From the human T2T-CHM13v2.0 reference genome, Homo sapiens, in assembly GCA_009914755.4 (NCBI GenBank), contig CP068257.2, positions 1,248,001-1,312,000 on the forward strand: 64,000 nt of DNA, given 5' to 3'. The translations under genes were made by a program, and so were the position numbers. The notes under the pieces are model-generated. The model was given only the letters and a program-made list of their open reading frames with translations, was not told where the DNA came from and made no database searches. This document shows positions 14,125 through 29,400 of this stretch, in pieces. Numbering within the stretch: position 1 is the stretch's first letter; each line of letters opens with the position of its first letter.

Positions 14125-16826
14125 ATGTATTATGTACTGTACATAAAATATGAAAGTACATCAAATATATATTTTATTCTGTACATAAAATATCAAAGTA
14201 CACCAAATATATATTCTATAGTGTACATAAAATATCAAAGTACCCAAACTATACATTATATACTGTACAAAAAATATGAAATTACATCAAATATATATTA
14301 TATTAGGTACATAAAAGATGAAAGTACATCAAATATAGATTATATACTGTACATAAAATATCAAAGTACCCCAAATATATATTATACACTGTACATGAAA
14401 TATCAAAGTTCACAAACTATATATTATATACTGTACATAAAATATCAATATACCCAAGGTATATATTCTATACTGTACCAAAAATATCAAAGTACCCAAA
14501 GCATGTATTATATACTGTACATAAAATATGAAAGTACATCAAATATATATTTTATTCTGTACAAAAAATATCAAAGTACACCAAATATATATTCTATAGT
14601 GTACATAAAATATCAAAGTACCCAAACTATACATTATATACTGTACATAAAATATGAAATGATATCAAATATATATTATATTAGGTACATAAAATATGAA
14701 AGTACATCAAATATAGATTATATACTGTACATAAAATATCAAAGTACCCAAATATATATTATATACTGTACAGGAAATATCAAAGTTCACAAACTATATA
14801 TTATATACTGTACATAAAATATCAATGTACCCAAGTATATATTCTATACTGTACAAAAAATATCAAAGTACCCAAAGCATGTATTCTATACTGTACATAA
14901 AATATGAAAGTACATCAAATATATATTTTATTCTGTACATAAAATATCAAAGTACACCAAATATATATTCTATACTGTACATAAAATATCAAAGTATCCA
15001 AACTATACATTATATACTGTACATAAAATATGAAATTACATCAAATATATATTATATTAGGTACATAAAATATGAAAGTACATCAAATATAGATTAAATA
15101 GTGTACATAAAATATCAAAGTACCCCAAATATATATTATATACTGTACATGAAATATCAAAGTTCACAAACTATATATTATATACTGTACATAAAATATC
15201 AATGTACCCAAGTTATATATTCTATACTGTACAAAAAATATCAAACTACCCAAAGCATGTATTATATACTGTACATAAAATATGAAAGTACATCAAATAT
15301 ATATTTTCTTCTGTACAAAAAATATCAAAGTACACCAAATATATATTCTATAGCGTACATAAAATATCAATGTACCCAAACTATACATTATATACTGTAC
15401 ATAAAATATGAAATTACCTCAAAAATATATTATAATAGGTACGTAAAATATGAAAGTACTTCAAAGATAGATTATATACCTTACATAAAATATCAAAGTA
15501 CCCCAAATATATATTATATACTGTACATGAAATATCAAATTTCACAAACTATGTATTATATACTGTACATAATCTAAAAAAGTACCCAAGGTATATATTC
15601 TATACTTTACAAAAAACATCAAAGTACCCAAAGCATGTATTATATACTGTACATAAAATATGAAAGCACATCAAATATATATTTTATTCTGTAAATAAAA
15701 TATCAACGTACCCTTACTATACATTAAATACTGTACATAAAATATGAAATTACATCAAATATATATCATATTAGGTGCATAAAATATGAAAGTACATCAA
15801 ATATAGATTATATACTGTACATAAAATATCAAAGTACCCCAAATATATATCATATACTGTACATGAAATATCAAAGTTCACAAACTATATATTATATACT
15901 GTACATAAAATATGAATGTAACCAAGGTATATATTCTATAATGTACAAAAAATATCAAAGTACCCAAAGCATGTATTATATACTGTACATAAAATATGAA
16001 AGTGCATCAAATATATATTGTCTTCTGTACATAAAATATAAAAGTACACCAAATATATATTCTATACTGTACATAAAATATCAAAGTACCCAAACTATAC
16101 ATTATATACTGTACATAAAATATGAAATTACATCAAAAATATATTAGGTATGTAAAATATGAAAGTACATCAAATATAGATTTTATACCTTACATAAAAT
16201 ATCAAAGTACCCCAAATATATATTATATACTGTACATGAAATACCAAATTTCAAAATCTATATATTATATACTGTACATAAAATATCAAAGTACCCAAGG
16301 TATATATTCTATAGTGTACAAAAAATATCAAAGTACCCAAAGCATGTATTATATACTGTACCAAAGCATGTATTATATACTGTACATAAAATATGAAAGT
16401 ACATCAAATATATATTTTATTCTGTACATAATATATCAAAGTACAACAAATATATATTCTATAGTGTACATAAAATATCAAACTACCCAAACTATTCATT
16501 ATATATTGTACATAAAAGATGAAATTACATCAAAAATATATTATATTAGGTACATAAAATATGAAAGTACATCAAATATAGATTATATACTGCACATAAA
16601 ATATCAAAGTACCGCAAATATGTATTATATACTCTACATGAAATATCAAAGTTCACCAACTATATATTATATACTGTACATAAAATATCAATGTACCCAA
16701 GGTATATATTCTATACTGTACAAAAAATATCAAAGTACCCAAAGCATGTATTATGTACTGTACATAAAATATGAAAGTACATCAAATATATATTTTATTC
16801 TGTACATAAAATATCAAAGTACACCA
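14125..16826 (+). repeat. Partner of 7766-10443 at offset 6359. It carries a private 24-bp tandem micro-duplication at 16337-16384.
   Basis: Same ORF anchors as the partner block. The string ccaaagcatgtattatatactgta occurs twice in tandem at 16337-16360 and 16361-16384. The partner at about 9977 has it once. Confidence 0.75.
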
Positions 16827-19800
16827 AATATATATTCTATAGTGTACATAAAATATCAAAGTACCCAAACTATAAATTATATACTGTATAAAAAATATGA
16901 AATTACATCAAATATATATTATATTAGGTACATAAAAGATGAAAGTACATCAAATATAGATTATATACTGTACATAAAATATCAAAGTACCCCAAATATA
17001 TATTATATACTGTACATGAAATATCAAATTTCACAAACTATATATTATATACTGTACATAAAATATCAAAGTACCCAAGGTATATATTCTATTCTGTACA
17101 AAAAATATCAAAGTACCCAAAGCATGTATTATATACTGTACATAAGATATGAAAGTACATCAAATATATATTTTATTCTGTACATAAAATATCAAAGTAC
17201 ACGAAATATATATTCTATAGTGTACATAAAATATCAAAGTACCCAAACTATACATTACATACTGTCCATAAAATATGAAATTACATCAATTATATATTAT
17301 ATTAGGTACATAAAATATGAAAGAACTTCAAATATAGATTATATACTGTACATAAAATATCAAAGTTAACCAAATATATATTTTATGCTGTACATGAAAT
17401 ATCAAAGTTCACAAACTATATATCATATACTGTACATAAAATATCAAAGTACCCAAGGTATATATTCTATACTGTACAAAAAATATCAAAGTACCCAAAT
17501 CATGTATTATGTACTGTACATAAAATATGAAAGTTCAGCAAATATATATTTTATTCTGTACATAAAATATAAAAGTACACGAAATATATATTCTACACTG
17601 TACAGAAAATATCAAATTACCCAAACTATACATTATATACTGTACATAAAATATGAAATTACATCAAATATATATTATATTAGGTACATAAAATATGAAA
17701 GTACATCAAATATAGATTATATACTGTACATAAAATATCAAAGTACCCCAAATATATATTATATACTGTACATGAAATATCAATGTACCCAAGGTATATA
17801 TTCTATACTGTACAAAAAATATCAAAGTACCCAAAGCATGTATTATATGCTGTACATAAAATATGAAAGTACATCAAATATATATTTTATTCTGTACAAA
17901 AAATACTAAAGTACCCCAAATATATATTATATACTGTACATGAAATATCAAAGTTCACAAACTATATATTATATACTGTACATAAAATATCAATGTACCC
18001 ATGGTACATATTCTATAGTGTACAAAAAATATCAAAGTACCCAAAGCAAGTATTTTATGCTGTACATAAAATATGAAATTACATCAAATATATATTTTAT
18101 TCTGTACATAAAATATCAAAGTACACCAAATATATAATCTACACTGTACATAAAATATCAAATTACCCAAACTATACATTATATACTGTACATAAAAGTT
18201 GAAATTACATCAAATATATATTATATTAGGTACATAAAATATGAAAGTACATCAAATATTTATTATATACTGTACATAAAATACCAAAGTACCCCAAATA
18301 TATATTTTATACTGTACATGAAATATCAAAGTACATAAACTATATATTATATACTGTACAAAAAATATCAAAGTACCCAAGGTATATCTTCTATACTGTA
18401 CAAAAAATATCAAAGTACCCATAGCATGTATTATATACTGTACATAAAATATGAAAGTACATCAAATATATATTTCATTCTGTACATAAAATATCAAAGT
18501 ACACCAAATATATATTCTATAGTGTACATAAAGTATCAAAGTACCCAAACTATACATTATATACTGTACATAAAAGATGAAATTACATCAAATATATATT
18601 ATATTAGGTACATAAAATATGAAAGTACGTCAAATATAGATTATATACTGTACATAAAATACCAAAGTACCCCAAATATATATTTTATACTGTACATGAA
18701 ATATCAAAGTTCACAAACTATATATTATATACTGTACATAAAATATCAATGTACCCAAGTATATATTCTATACTGTACAAAAAATATCAAAGTACCCAAA
18801 GCATGTATTACATGCTCTACATAAAATATGAAATTACATCAAATATATATTTTATTCTGTACAAAAACTATCAAAGTACACCAAATATATATTCTATAGT
18901 GTACATAAAATATCAAAGTACCCAAACTATACATTATATACTGTACATAAAATATGAAATTACATCAAATATATATTATATTAGTTACATAAAATATGAA
19001 AGTACATCAAATATAGATTATATACTGTACATAAAATACCAAAGTACCCCAAATATATATTTTACACTGTTCATGAAATATCAAAGTACACAAAATATAT
19101 ATTATATACTGCTCATAAAATATCAAAGTACCCAAGGTATATATTCTATACTGTACAAAAAATATCAAAGTACCCAAAGCATGTATTATATACTGTACAT
19201 AAAATATGAAAGTACATCAAATATATATTTTATACTGTACATGGAATATCAAAGTTCACAAACTATATATTATATACTGTACATAAAATATCAAAGTACT
19301 CAACGTATATATTCTATACTGTACAAAAAATATCAAAGTACCCAAAGCATGTATTATATACTGTACATAAAATACGAAAGTACATGAAATATATATTTTA
19401 TTCTGTACAAAAAATATCAAAGTACACCAAATATATATTCTATACTGTACATAAAATATCAAAGTACCCAAACTATACATTATATACTGTACAAAAAATA
19501 TGAAATTACATCAAATATATATTATATTAGGTACATAAAATATGAAAGTACATCAAATATAGATTATATACTGTACATAAAATATCAAAGTACCCCAAAT
19601 ATATATTATATACTGTACATGAAATATCAAAGTTCACAAACTATATATTATATACTGTACATAAAATCTGAATGTACCCATGGTATATATTCTATACTGT
19701 ATAAAAAATATCAAATTACCCAAACCTTGTATTACATACTGTACATCAAATATGAACGTACATAAAATGTATATTTTATTCTGTACAAAAAATATCAAAG

Positions 19801-21499
19801 CACACCAAATATATATTCTATAGTGTACATAAAATATCAAAGTACCCAAACTATACATTATATACTGTACATAAAATATGAAATTACATCAAATATATAT
19901 TATATTAGGTAGATAAATTATGAAAGAACATCAAATATAGATTATAGACTCTACATAAAATACCAAAGTACCACAAATATATATTTTATACTGTACATGA
20001 AATATCAAATTTCACAAATTATATATTATATACTGCACATAAAATATCAAAGTACCCTAGGTATATATTCTATACTGTACAAAAAATATCAAAGAACACA
20101 AAGCATGTATTATATACTGTACATGAAATATGAAAGTACATCAAATATATATTTTATTCTGTACATAAAATATCAAAGTACACCAAATATATATTCTATA
20201 GTGTACATAAAATATTCAAGTACCCAAACTATACATTATATACTGTACATAAAATATGAAATTACATCAAATATATATTATATTAGGTACATAAAATATG
20301 AAAGTACATCAAATATAGATTATATACTGTACATAAAATACCAAAGTACCCCAAATATATATTTTATAGTGTACATGAAATATCAAAGTTCACAAACTAT
20401 ATATTATATACTGCAAATAAAATATCAAAGTACCCAAGTTATATATTCTATACTGTACAAAAAATATCAAAGTACCCAAAGCATGTATTATATACTGTAC
20501 ATAAAATATGAAAGTACATCAAATATATATTTTATACTGTACATAAAATATCAAAGTACACCAAAAATATATTCTATAGTGTACATAAAATATCAAAGTA
20601 CCCAAACTATACATTATATACTGTACATAAAATATGAAATTACATCAAATATATATTATATTAGGTACATAACATATGAAAGTACATCAAATATAGATTA
20701 TATACTGTACTTAAAATACCAAAGTACCTCAAATATATATTTTACACTGTACATGAAATATCAAAGTTCACAAACTATATATTATATACTGTACATAAAA
20801 TATCAAAGTACCCAAGGTATATATTCTATACTGCAGAAAAAATATCAAAGTACCCAAAGCATGTATTATATACTGTACATAAAATATGAAAGTACATCAA
20901 ATATATATTTTGTCCTGTATATAAAGTATCAAAGTACACCAAATATATATTCTATAGTTTACATATAATATCAAAGTATCCAAACTATACATTATATACT
21001 GTACATAAAATATGAAATTACATCGAATATATATTATATTAGGTACAGAAAATATGAAAGTACATCAAATATAGATTATATACTGTACATAAAATACCAA
21101 AGTACCCCAAATATATATTTTATACTGTACATGAAATATCAAAGTTCACAAACTATATATTATATACTGCACATAAAATATGAAAGTATCCAAGGTATAT
21201 ATTTTGTACTGTACAAAAAATATCAAAGTACCCAAAGCATGTATTATATACTGTACATAAAATATGAAAGTGCATCAAATATATATTTTATTCTGTACAT
21301 AAAATATCAAAGTACACCAGATATATATTCTATAGTGTACATAAAATATCAAAGTACCCAAACTATACATTATATACTGTACGTAAAATATGAAATTACA
21401 TCAAATATATATTAGGTACATAAAATATGAAAGTATATCAAATATAGATTATATACTGTACATATAATATCAATGTACCCCAAATATATATTTTACACT

Positions 21500-24000
21500 C
21501 TACATGAAATATCAAAATTCACAAACCATATATTATATACTGTACATAAAATATCAAAGTACCCAAGGTATATATTCTATACTGTACAAAAAATATCAAA
21601 GTACCCAAAGCATGTATTATATACTGTACATAAAATATGAAAGTACATCAAATATATATTTTATTCTGTACATAAAATATCAAAGTACACCAGATATATA
21701 TTCTATAGTGTACATAAAATAACAAAGTAAAAAAACTATAAATTATATACTGTACATAAAATATGAAATTACATCAAATATATATTAGGTACATAAAATA
21801 TGAACGTACATCAAATATAGATTATATACTGTACATAAAATATCAATGTACCCCAAATATATATTTTATACTCTACATGAAATATCAAAGTTCACAAACC
21901 ATATATTATATACTGTACATAAAATATCAAAGTACCCAAGGTATATATTCTATGCTGTACAAAAAATATCAAAGTACCCAAAGCATGTATTATATACTGT
22001 ACTTAAAATATGAAACTACATCAAATATATATTTTATTCTGTACAAAAAATATCAAAGTACACCAGATATATATTCTATAGTGTACATAAAATATAAAAG
22101 TACCCAAACTATACATTATATACTGTACATAAAATATGAAATTACATCAAATATGTATTGTATTAGGTACATAAAATATGAAAGCATATCAAATATAGAT
22201 TATATACTGTATATTAAATACCAAAGTACCCCAAATATATATTTTATACTGTACATCAAATATCAAAGTTCACAAACTATATATTATATACTGTACATTA
22301 AATATCAAAGTACCCATGATATATATTCTATACTGTACAAAAAATATCAAAGTCCCCAAAGCGTGTATTATATACTGTACATAAAATATGAAAGTACATC
22401 AAATATATATTTTATTCTGTACATAAAATATCAAATTACACCAGATATATATTCTATAGTGTACATAAAATATCAAAGTACCCAAACTATACATTATATA
22501 CTGTACATAAAATATGAAATTACATCAAATTTATATTAGGCACATAAAATATGAAAGTACATCAAATATAGATCATATACTGTACATAAAATATCAAAGT
22601 ACCCCAAATATATATTATATACTCTACATGAAATATCAAAGTTCACAAACTATATATTATATACTGTACATAAAATATCAAAGTACCCAAGGTATATATT
22701 CTATACTGTACAAAAAATATCAAAGTATACAAAGCATGTATTATATACTGTATATAAAATATGAAAGTACATTAAATATATATTTTATTCTGTACATAAA
22801 ATATCAAAGTACACCAGATATATATTCTATAGTGTACATAAAATAACAAAGTACACAAACTGTAAATTATATACTGTACATAAAATATGAAATTACATCA
22901 AATATATATTAGGTACATAATATATGAAAGTACATCAAATATAGATTATATACTGTACATATAATATCAATGTACCCCAAATATATATTTTATACTCTAC
23001 ATGAAATATCAAAGTTCACAAACCATACATTATATAGTGTACATAAAATATCAAAGTACCCAAGGTATATATTTTATACTGTACAAAAAATATCAAAGTA
23101 CCCAAAGCATGTATTATATACTGTACATAAAATATGAAAGTACATCAAATATATATTTTATTCTGTACATAAAACATCAAAGTACACCAGATATATATTC
23201 TATAGAGTACATAAAATATCAAAGTACCCAAACTATACATTATATACTGTACATAAAATATGAAATTACATCAAATATATATTATATTAGGTACATAAAA
23301 TATGAAAGTACATCAAATATAGATTATATACTGTACATAAAATATCAAAGTACCCCAAATATATATTATATACTCTACATGAAATATCAAAGTTCACAAA
23401 CTATATATTATATACTGTACAAAAAATATCAAAGTACCCAAGGTATATATTCTATACTGTACAAAAAATATCAAAGTACCCAAAGCATGTATTATATACT
23501 GTACATAAAATATGAAAGTACATCAAATATATATTTTATTCTGTACATAATATATCAAAGTACACCAGATATATATTCTATAGTGTACATAAAATAACAA
23601 AGTAAAAAAACTATTCATTATATACTGTACATAAAATATGAGATTACATCAAATATATATTATATTAGGTACATAAAATATGAAAGTACATCAGATATAG
23701 ATTATATACTGTACATAAAATATCAAAGTACCCCAAATATATATTATATACTCTACATGAAATATCAAAGTTCACAAACTATATATTATATACTGTACAT
23801 AAAATATCAAAGTACCCAAGGTATATATTCTATACTGTACAAAAAATATCAAAGTACCCAAAGCATGCATTATATACTGTATATAAAATATGAAAATACA
23901 TTAAATATATATTTTATTTTGTACGTAAAATATCAAAGTACACCAGAAATATATTCTATAGTGTACATAAAATAACAAAGTACACAAACTATAAATTATA
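21500..24000 (+). repeat. Domain II block with a paralogous partner at +4501 (about 26000-28500), roughly 97-99% identical.
   Basis: ORF pairs 21504/26005, 21763/26264, 22514/27015 (110 aa, 1 difference) and 23001/27502 all lie at an offset of 4501. Confidence 0.7.
22861..23989 (+). repeat. Copy 1 of a 1129-bp tandem duplication (3 HORs). Copy 2 is 23990-25118.
   Basis: The 198-aa ORFs 23001..23597 and 24130..24726 are near-identical. Both carry the rare STPDIYSIEYIKYQ and ends …IIYQSTPDIYSIVYIK / …IIYQSTPDIYSIVYKK. The flanks 23581-23990 and 24710-25119 match and share the rare gcatgcatt and gtacgtaaaat / gtaggtaaaat variants. Confidence 0.75.
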
Positions 24001-26440
24001 TACTGTATGTAAAATATGAAATTACATCAAATATATATTAGGTACATAAAATATGAAAGTACATCAAATATAGATTATATACTGTACATATAATATCAAT
24101 GTACCCCAAATATATATTTTATACTCTACATGAAATATCAAAGTTCACAAACCATACATTATATACTGTACATAAAATATCAAAGTACCCAAGGTATATA
24201 TTCTATACTGTACAAAAAATATCAAAGTACCCAAAGCATGTATTATATACTGTACATAAAATATGAAAGTACATCAAATATATATTTTATTCTGTACATA
24301 AAACATCAAAGTACAGCAGATATATATTCTATAGAGTACATAAAATATCAAAGTACCCAAACTATACATTATATACTGTACATAAAATATGAAATTACAT
24401 CAAATATATATTATATTAGGTACATAAAATATGAAAGTACATCAAATATAGATTATATACTGTACATAAAATATCAAAGTACCCCAAATATATATTATAT
24501 ACTCTACATGAAATATCAAAGTTCACAAACTATATATTATATACTGTACAAAAAATATCAAAGTACCCAAGGTATATATTCTATACTGTACAAAAAATAT
24601 CAAAGTACCCAAAGCATGTATTATATACTGTACATAAAATATGAAAGTACATCAAATATATATTTTATTCTGTACATAATATATCAAAGTACACCAGATA
24701 TATATTCTATAGTGTACAAAAAATAACAAAGTAAAAAAACTATTCATTATATACTGTACATAAAATATGAGATTACATCAAATATATATTATATTAGGTA
24801 CATAAAATATGAAAGTACATCAGATATAGATTATATACTGTACATAAAATATCAAAGTACCCCAAATATATATTATATACTCTACATGAAATATCAAAGT
24901 TCACAAACTATATATTATATACTGTACATAAAATATCAAAGTACCCAAGGTATATATTCTATACTGTACAAAAAATATCAAAGTACCCAAAGCATGCATT
25001 ATATACTGTATATAAAATATGAAAATACATTAAATATATATTTTATTTTGTAGGTAAAATATCAAAGTACACCAGATATATATTCTATAGTGTACATAAA
25101 ATAACAAAGTACACAAACTATAAATTATATACTGTATGTAAAATATGAAATTACATCAAATATATATTAGGTACATAAAATATGAAAGTACATCAAATAT
25201 AGATTATATACTGTACATATAATATCAATGTACCCCAAATATATATTTTATACTCTACATGAAATATCAAAGTTCACAAACCATACATTATATACTGTAC
25301 AGAAAATATCAAAGTACCCAAGGTATATATTCTATAGTGTACAAAAAATATCAAAGTACCCAAAGCATGTATTATATACTGTACATAAAATATGAAAGTA
25401 CATCAAATATATATTTTATTCTGTACATAAAATATCAAAGTACACCAGATATATATTCTATAGTGTACATAAAATATCAAAGTACCCAAACTATACATTA
25501 TATACTGTACATAAAATATGAAATTACATCAAATATATATTAGGTACATAAAATATGAAAGTACATCAAATATAGATTATATACTGTACATAAAATATCA
25601 AAGTACCCCAAATATATATTATATACTGTACATGAAATATCAAAGTTCACAAACTATATATTATATACTGTACATAAAATATCAAAGTACACAAGGTATA
25701 TATTCTATACTGTACAAAAAATATCAAAATACCCAAAGCATGTATTATACACTGTACATAAAATATGAAATTACATCAAATATATATTTTATTCTGTACA
25801 TAAAATATCAAAGTACACCAGATATATATTCTATAGTGTACATAAAATATCAAAGTACCCAAACTATACATTATATACTGTACATAAAATATGAAATTAC
25901 ATCAAATTTATATTAGGTACATATAATATGAAAGTACATCAAATATAGATTATATACTGTACATAAAATATCAAAGTACCCCAAATATATATTATATACT
26001 CTACATGAAATATCAATGTTCACAAACTATATATTATATACTGTACATAAAATATCCAAGTACCCAAGGTATATATTCTATACTGTACAAAAAATATGAA
26101 AGTATCCAAAGCATGTATTATATACTGTATATAAAATATGAAAGTACATCACATATATATTTTATTCTGTACATAAAATATCAAAGTACACCAGATATAT
26201 ATTCTATAGTGTACATAAAATAACAAAGTAAAAAAACTATAAATTATATACTGTTCATAAAATATGAAATTACATCAAATATATATTAGGTACATAAAAT
26301 ATGAACGTATATCAAATATAGATTATATACTGTTCATAAAATATCAATGTACCCCAAATATATATTTTATACTCTACATGAAATATCAAAGTTCACAAAC
26401 CATATATTATATACTGTACATAAAATATCAAAATACCCAA

Positions 26441-29400
26441 GGTATATATTCTATACTATACAAAAAATATCAAAGTACCCAAAGCATGTATTATATACTG
26501 TACATAAAATATGAAAGTACATCAAATATATATTTTATTCTGTACATAAAATATCAAAGTACACCAGATATATATTCTATAGTGTACATAAAATATAAAA
26601 GTACCCAAACTATACATTATATACTGTACATAAAATATGAAATTACATCAAATATGTATTATATTAGGTACATAAAATATGAAAGCATATCAAATATAGA
26701 TTATATACTGTATATTAAATACCAAAGTACCCCAAATATATATTTTATACTGTACATCAAATATCAAAGTTCACAAACTATATATTATATACTGTACATA
26801 AAATATCAAAGTACCCATGATATATATTCTATACTGTACAAAAAATATCAAAGTACCCAAAGCGTGTATTATATACTGTACATAAAATATGAAAGTATAT
26901 CAAATATATATTTTATTCTGTACATAAAATATCAAAGTACACCAGATATATATTCTATAGTGTACATAAAATATCAAAGTACCCAAACTATACATTAAAT
27001 ACTGTACATAAAATATGAAATTACATCAAATTTATATTAGGGACATAAAATATGAAAGTACATCAAATATAGATCATATACTGTACATAAAATATCAAAG
27101 TACCCCAAATATATATTATATACTCTACATGAAATATCAAAGTTCACAAACTATATATTATATACTGTACATAAAATATCAAAGTACCCAAGGTATATAT
27201 TCTATACTGTACAAAAAATATCAAAGTATACAAAGCATGTATTATATACTGTATATAAAATATGAAAGTACATTAAATATATATTTTATTCTGTACATAA
27301 AATATCAAAGTACACCAGATATATATTCTATAGTGTACATAAAATAACAAAGTACACAAACTGTAAATTATATACTGTACATAAAATATGAAATTACATC
27401 AAATATATATTAGGTACATAATATATGAAAGTACATCAAATATAGATTATATACTGTACATATAATATCAATGTACCCCAAATATATATTTTATACTCTA
27501 CATGAAATATCAAAGTTCACAAACCATACATTATATACTGTACATAAAATATCAAAGTACCCAAGGTATATATTCTATACTGTACAAAAAATATCAAAGT
27601 ACCCAAAGCATGTATTATATACTGTACATAAAATATGAAAGTACATCAAATATATATTTTATTCTGTACATAAAACATCAAAGTACACCAGATATATATT
27701 CTATAGAGTACATAAAATATCAAAGTACCCAAACTATACATTATATACTGTACATAAAATATGAAATTACATCAAATATATATTATATTAGGTACATAAA
27801 ATATGAAAGTACATCAAATATAGATTATATACTGTACATAAAATATCAAAGTACCCCAAATATATATTATATACTCTACATGAAATATCAAAGTTCACAA
27901 ACTATATATTATATACTGTACAAAAAATATCAAAGTACCCAAGGTATATATTCTATACTGTACAAAAAATATCAAAGTACCCAAAGCATGTATTATATAC
28001 TGTACATAAAATATGAAACTACATCAAATATATATTTTATTCTGTACATAATATATCAAAGTACACCAGATATATATTGTATAGTGTACATAAAATAACA
28101 AAGTAAAAAAACTATTCATTATATACTGTACATAAAATATGAGATTACATCAAATATATATTATATTAGGTACAGAAAATATGAAAGTACATCAGATATA
28201 GATTATATACTGTACATAAAATATCAAAATACCCCAAATATATATTATATACTCTACATGAAATATCAAAGTTCACAAACTATATATTATATACTGTACA
28301 TAAAATATCAAAGTACCCAAGGTATATATTCTATACTGTACAAAAAATATCAAAGTACCCAAAGCATGTATTATATACTGTACATAAAATATGAAAGTAC
28401 ATCAAATATATATTTTATTCTGTACATAAAATATCAAAGTACACCAGATATATATTCTATAGTGTACATAAAATATCAATGTACCCAAACTATACATTAT
28501 ATACTGTACATAAAATATGAAATTACATAAAATATATATTATATTAGGTACATAAAATATGAAAGCACATCAAATATAGATTATATACTGTACATTAAAT
28601 ACCAAAGTACCCCAAATATATATTTTATACTGTACATCAAATATCAAAGTTCACAAACTATATATTATATACTGTACATAAAATATCAAAGTACCCAAGG
28701 TATATATTCTATACTGTACAAAAAATATCAAAGTACCCAAAGCATGTATTATATACTGTATATAAAATATGAAAATACATTAAATACATATTTTAATCTG
28801 TACATAAAATATCAAAGTACACCAGATATATATTCTATAGTGTACATAAAATAACAAAGTACACAAACTATAAATTATATACTGTACATAAAATATGAAA
28901 TTACATCAAACATATATTAGGTACATAAAATATGAAAGTACATCAAATATAGATTATATACTGTACATATAATATCAATGTACCCCAAATATATATTATA
29001 TACTCTACATGAAATATCAAAGTTCACAAACCATACATTATATACTGCACATAAAATATCAAAGTACCCAAGGTATATATTCTATAGTGTACAAAAAATA
29101 TCAAAGTACCCAAAGCATGTATTATATACTGTACATAAAATATGAAAGTATATCAAATATATATTTTATTCTGTACATAAAATATCAAAGTACACCAGAT
29201 ATATATTCTATAGTGTACATAAAATATCAAAGTACCCAAACTATACATTATATACTGTACATAAAATATGAAATTACATCAAATATATATTAGGTACATA
29301 AAATATGAAAGTACATCAAATATAGATTATATACTGTACATAAAATATCAAAGTACCCCAAATATATATTATATACTCTACATGAAATATCAACGTTCAC

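Larger units (their letters stand above)
1..21100 (+). repeat. Satellite domain I. This is an older, more diverged subfamily built mostly of 378-bp HORs. The F monomer reads …gtacaccaaatatatattctata. Short-H variants carry …catcaaaaatatattaggtac.
   Basis: Neighbouring HOR copies differ at many positions (about 3-10% by eye). ORF peptides read STPNIYSIVYIK. There are no caccagat F monomers upstream of about 20950. Confidence 0.7.

Noticed and set aside
727-19858. Four minus-strand ORFs of 74-75 aa (727..954, 10648..10872, 19256..19480, 19634..19858).
   Set aside because: They are the same kind of artefact on the complementary strand: short, periodic and low-complexity, and they occur only where local variants remove the minus-strand stop codons.
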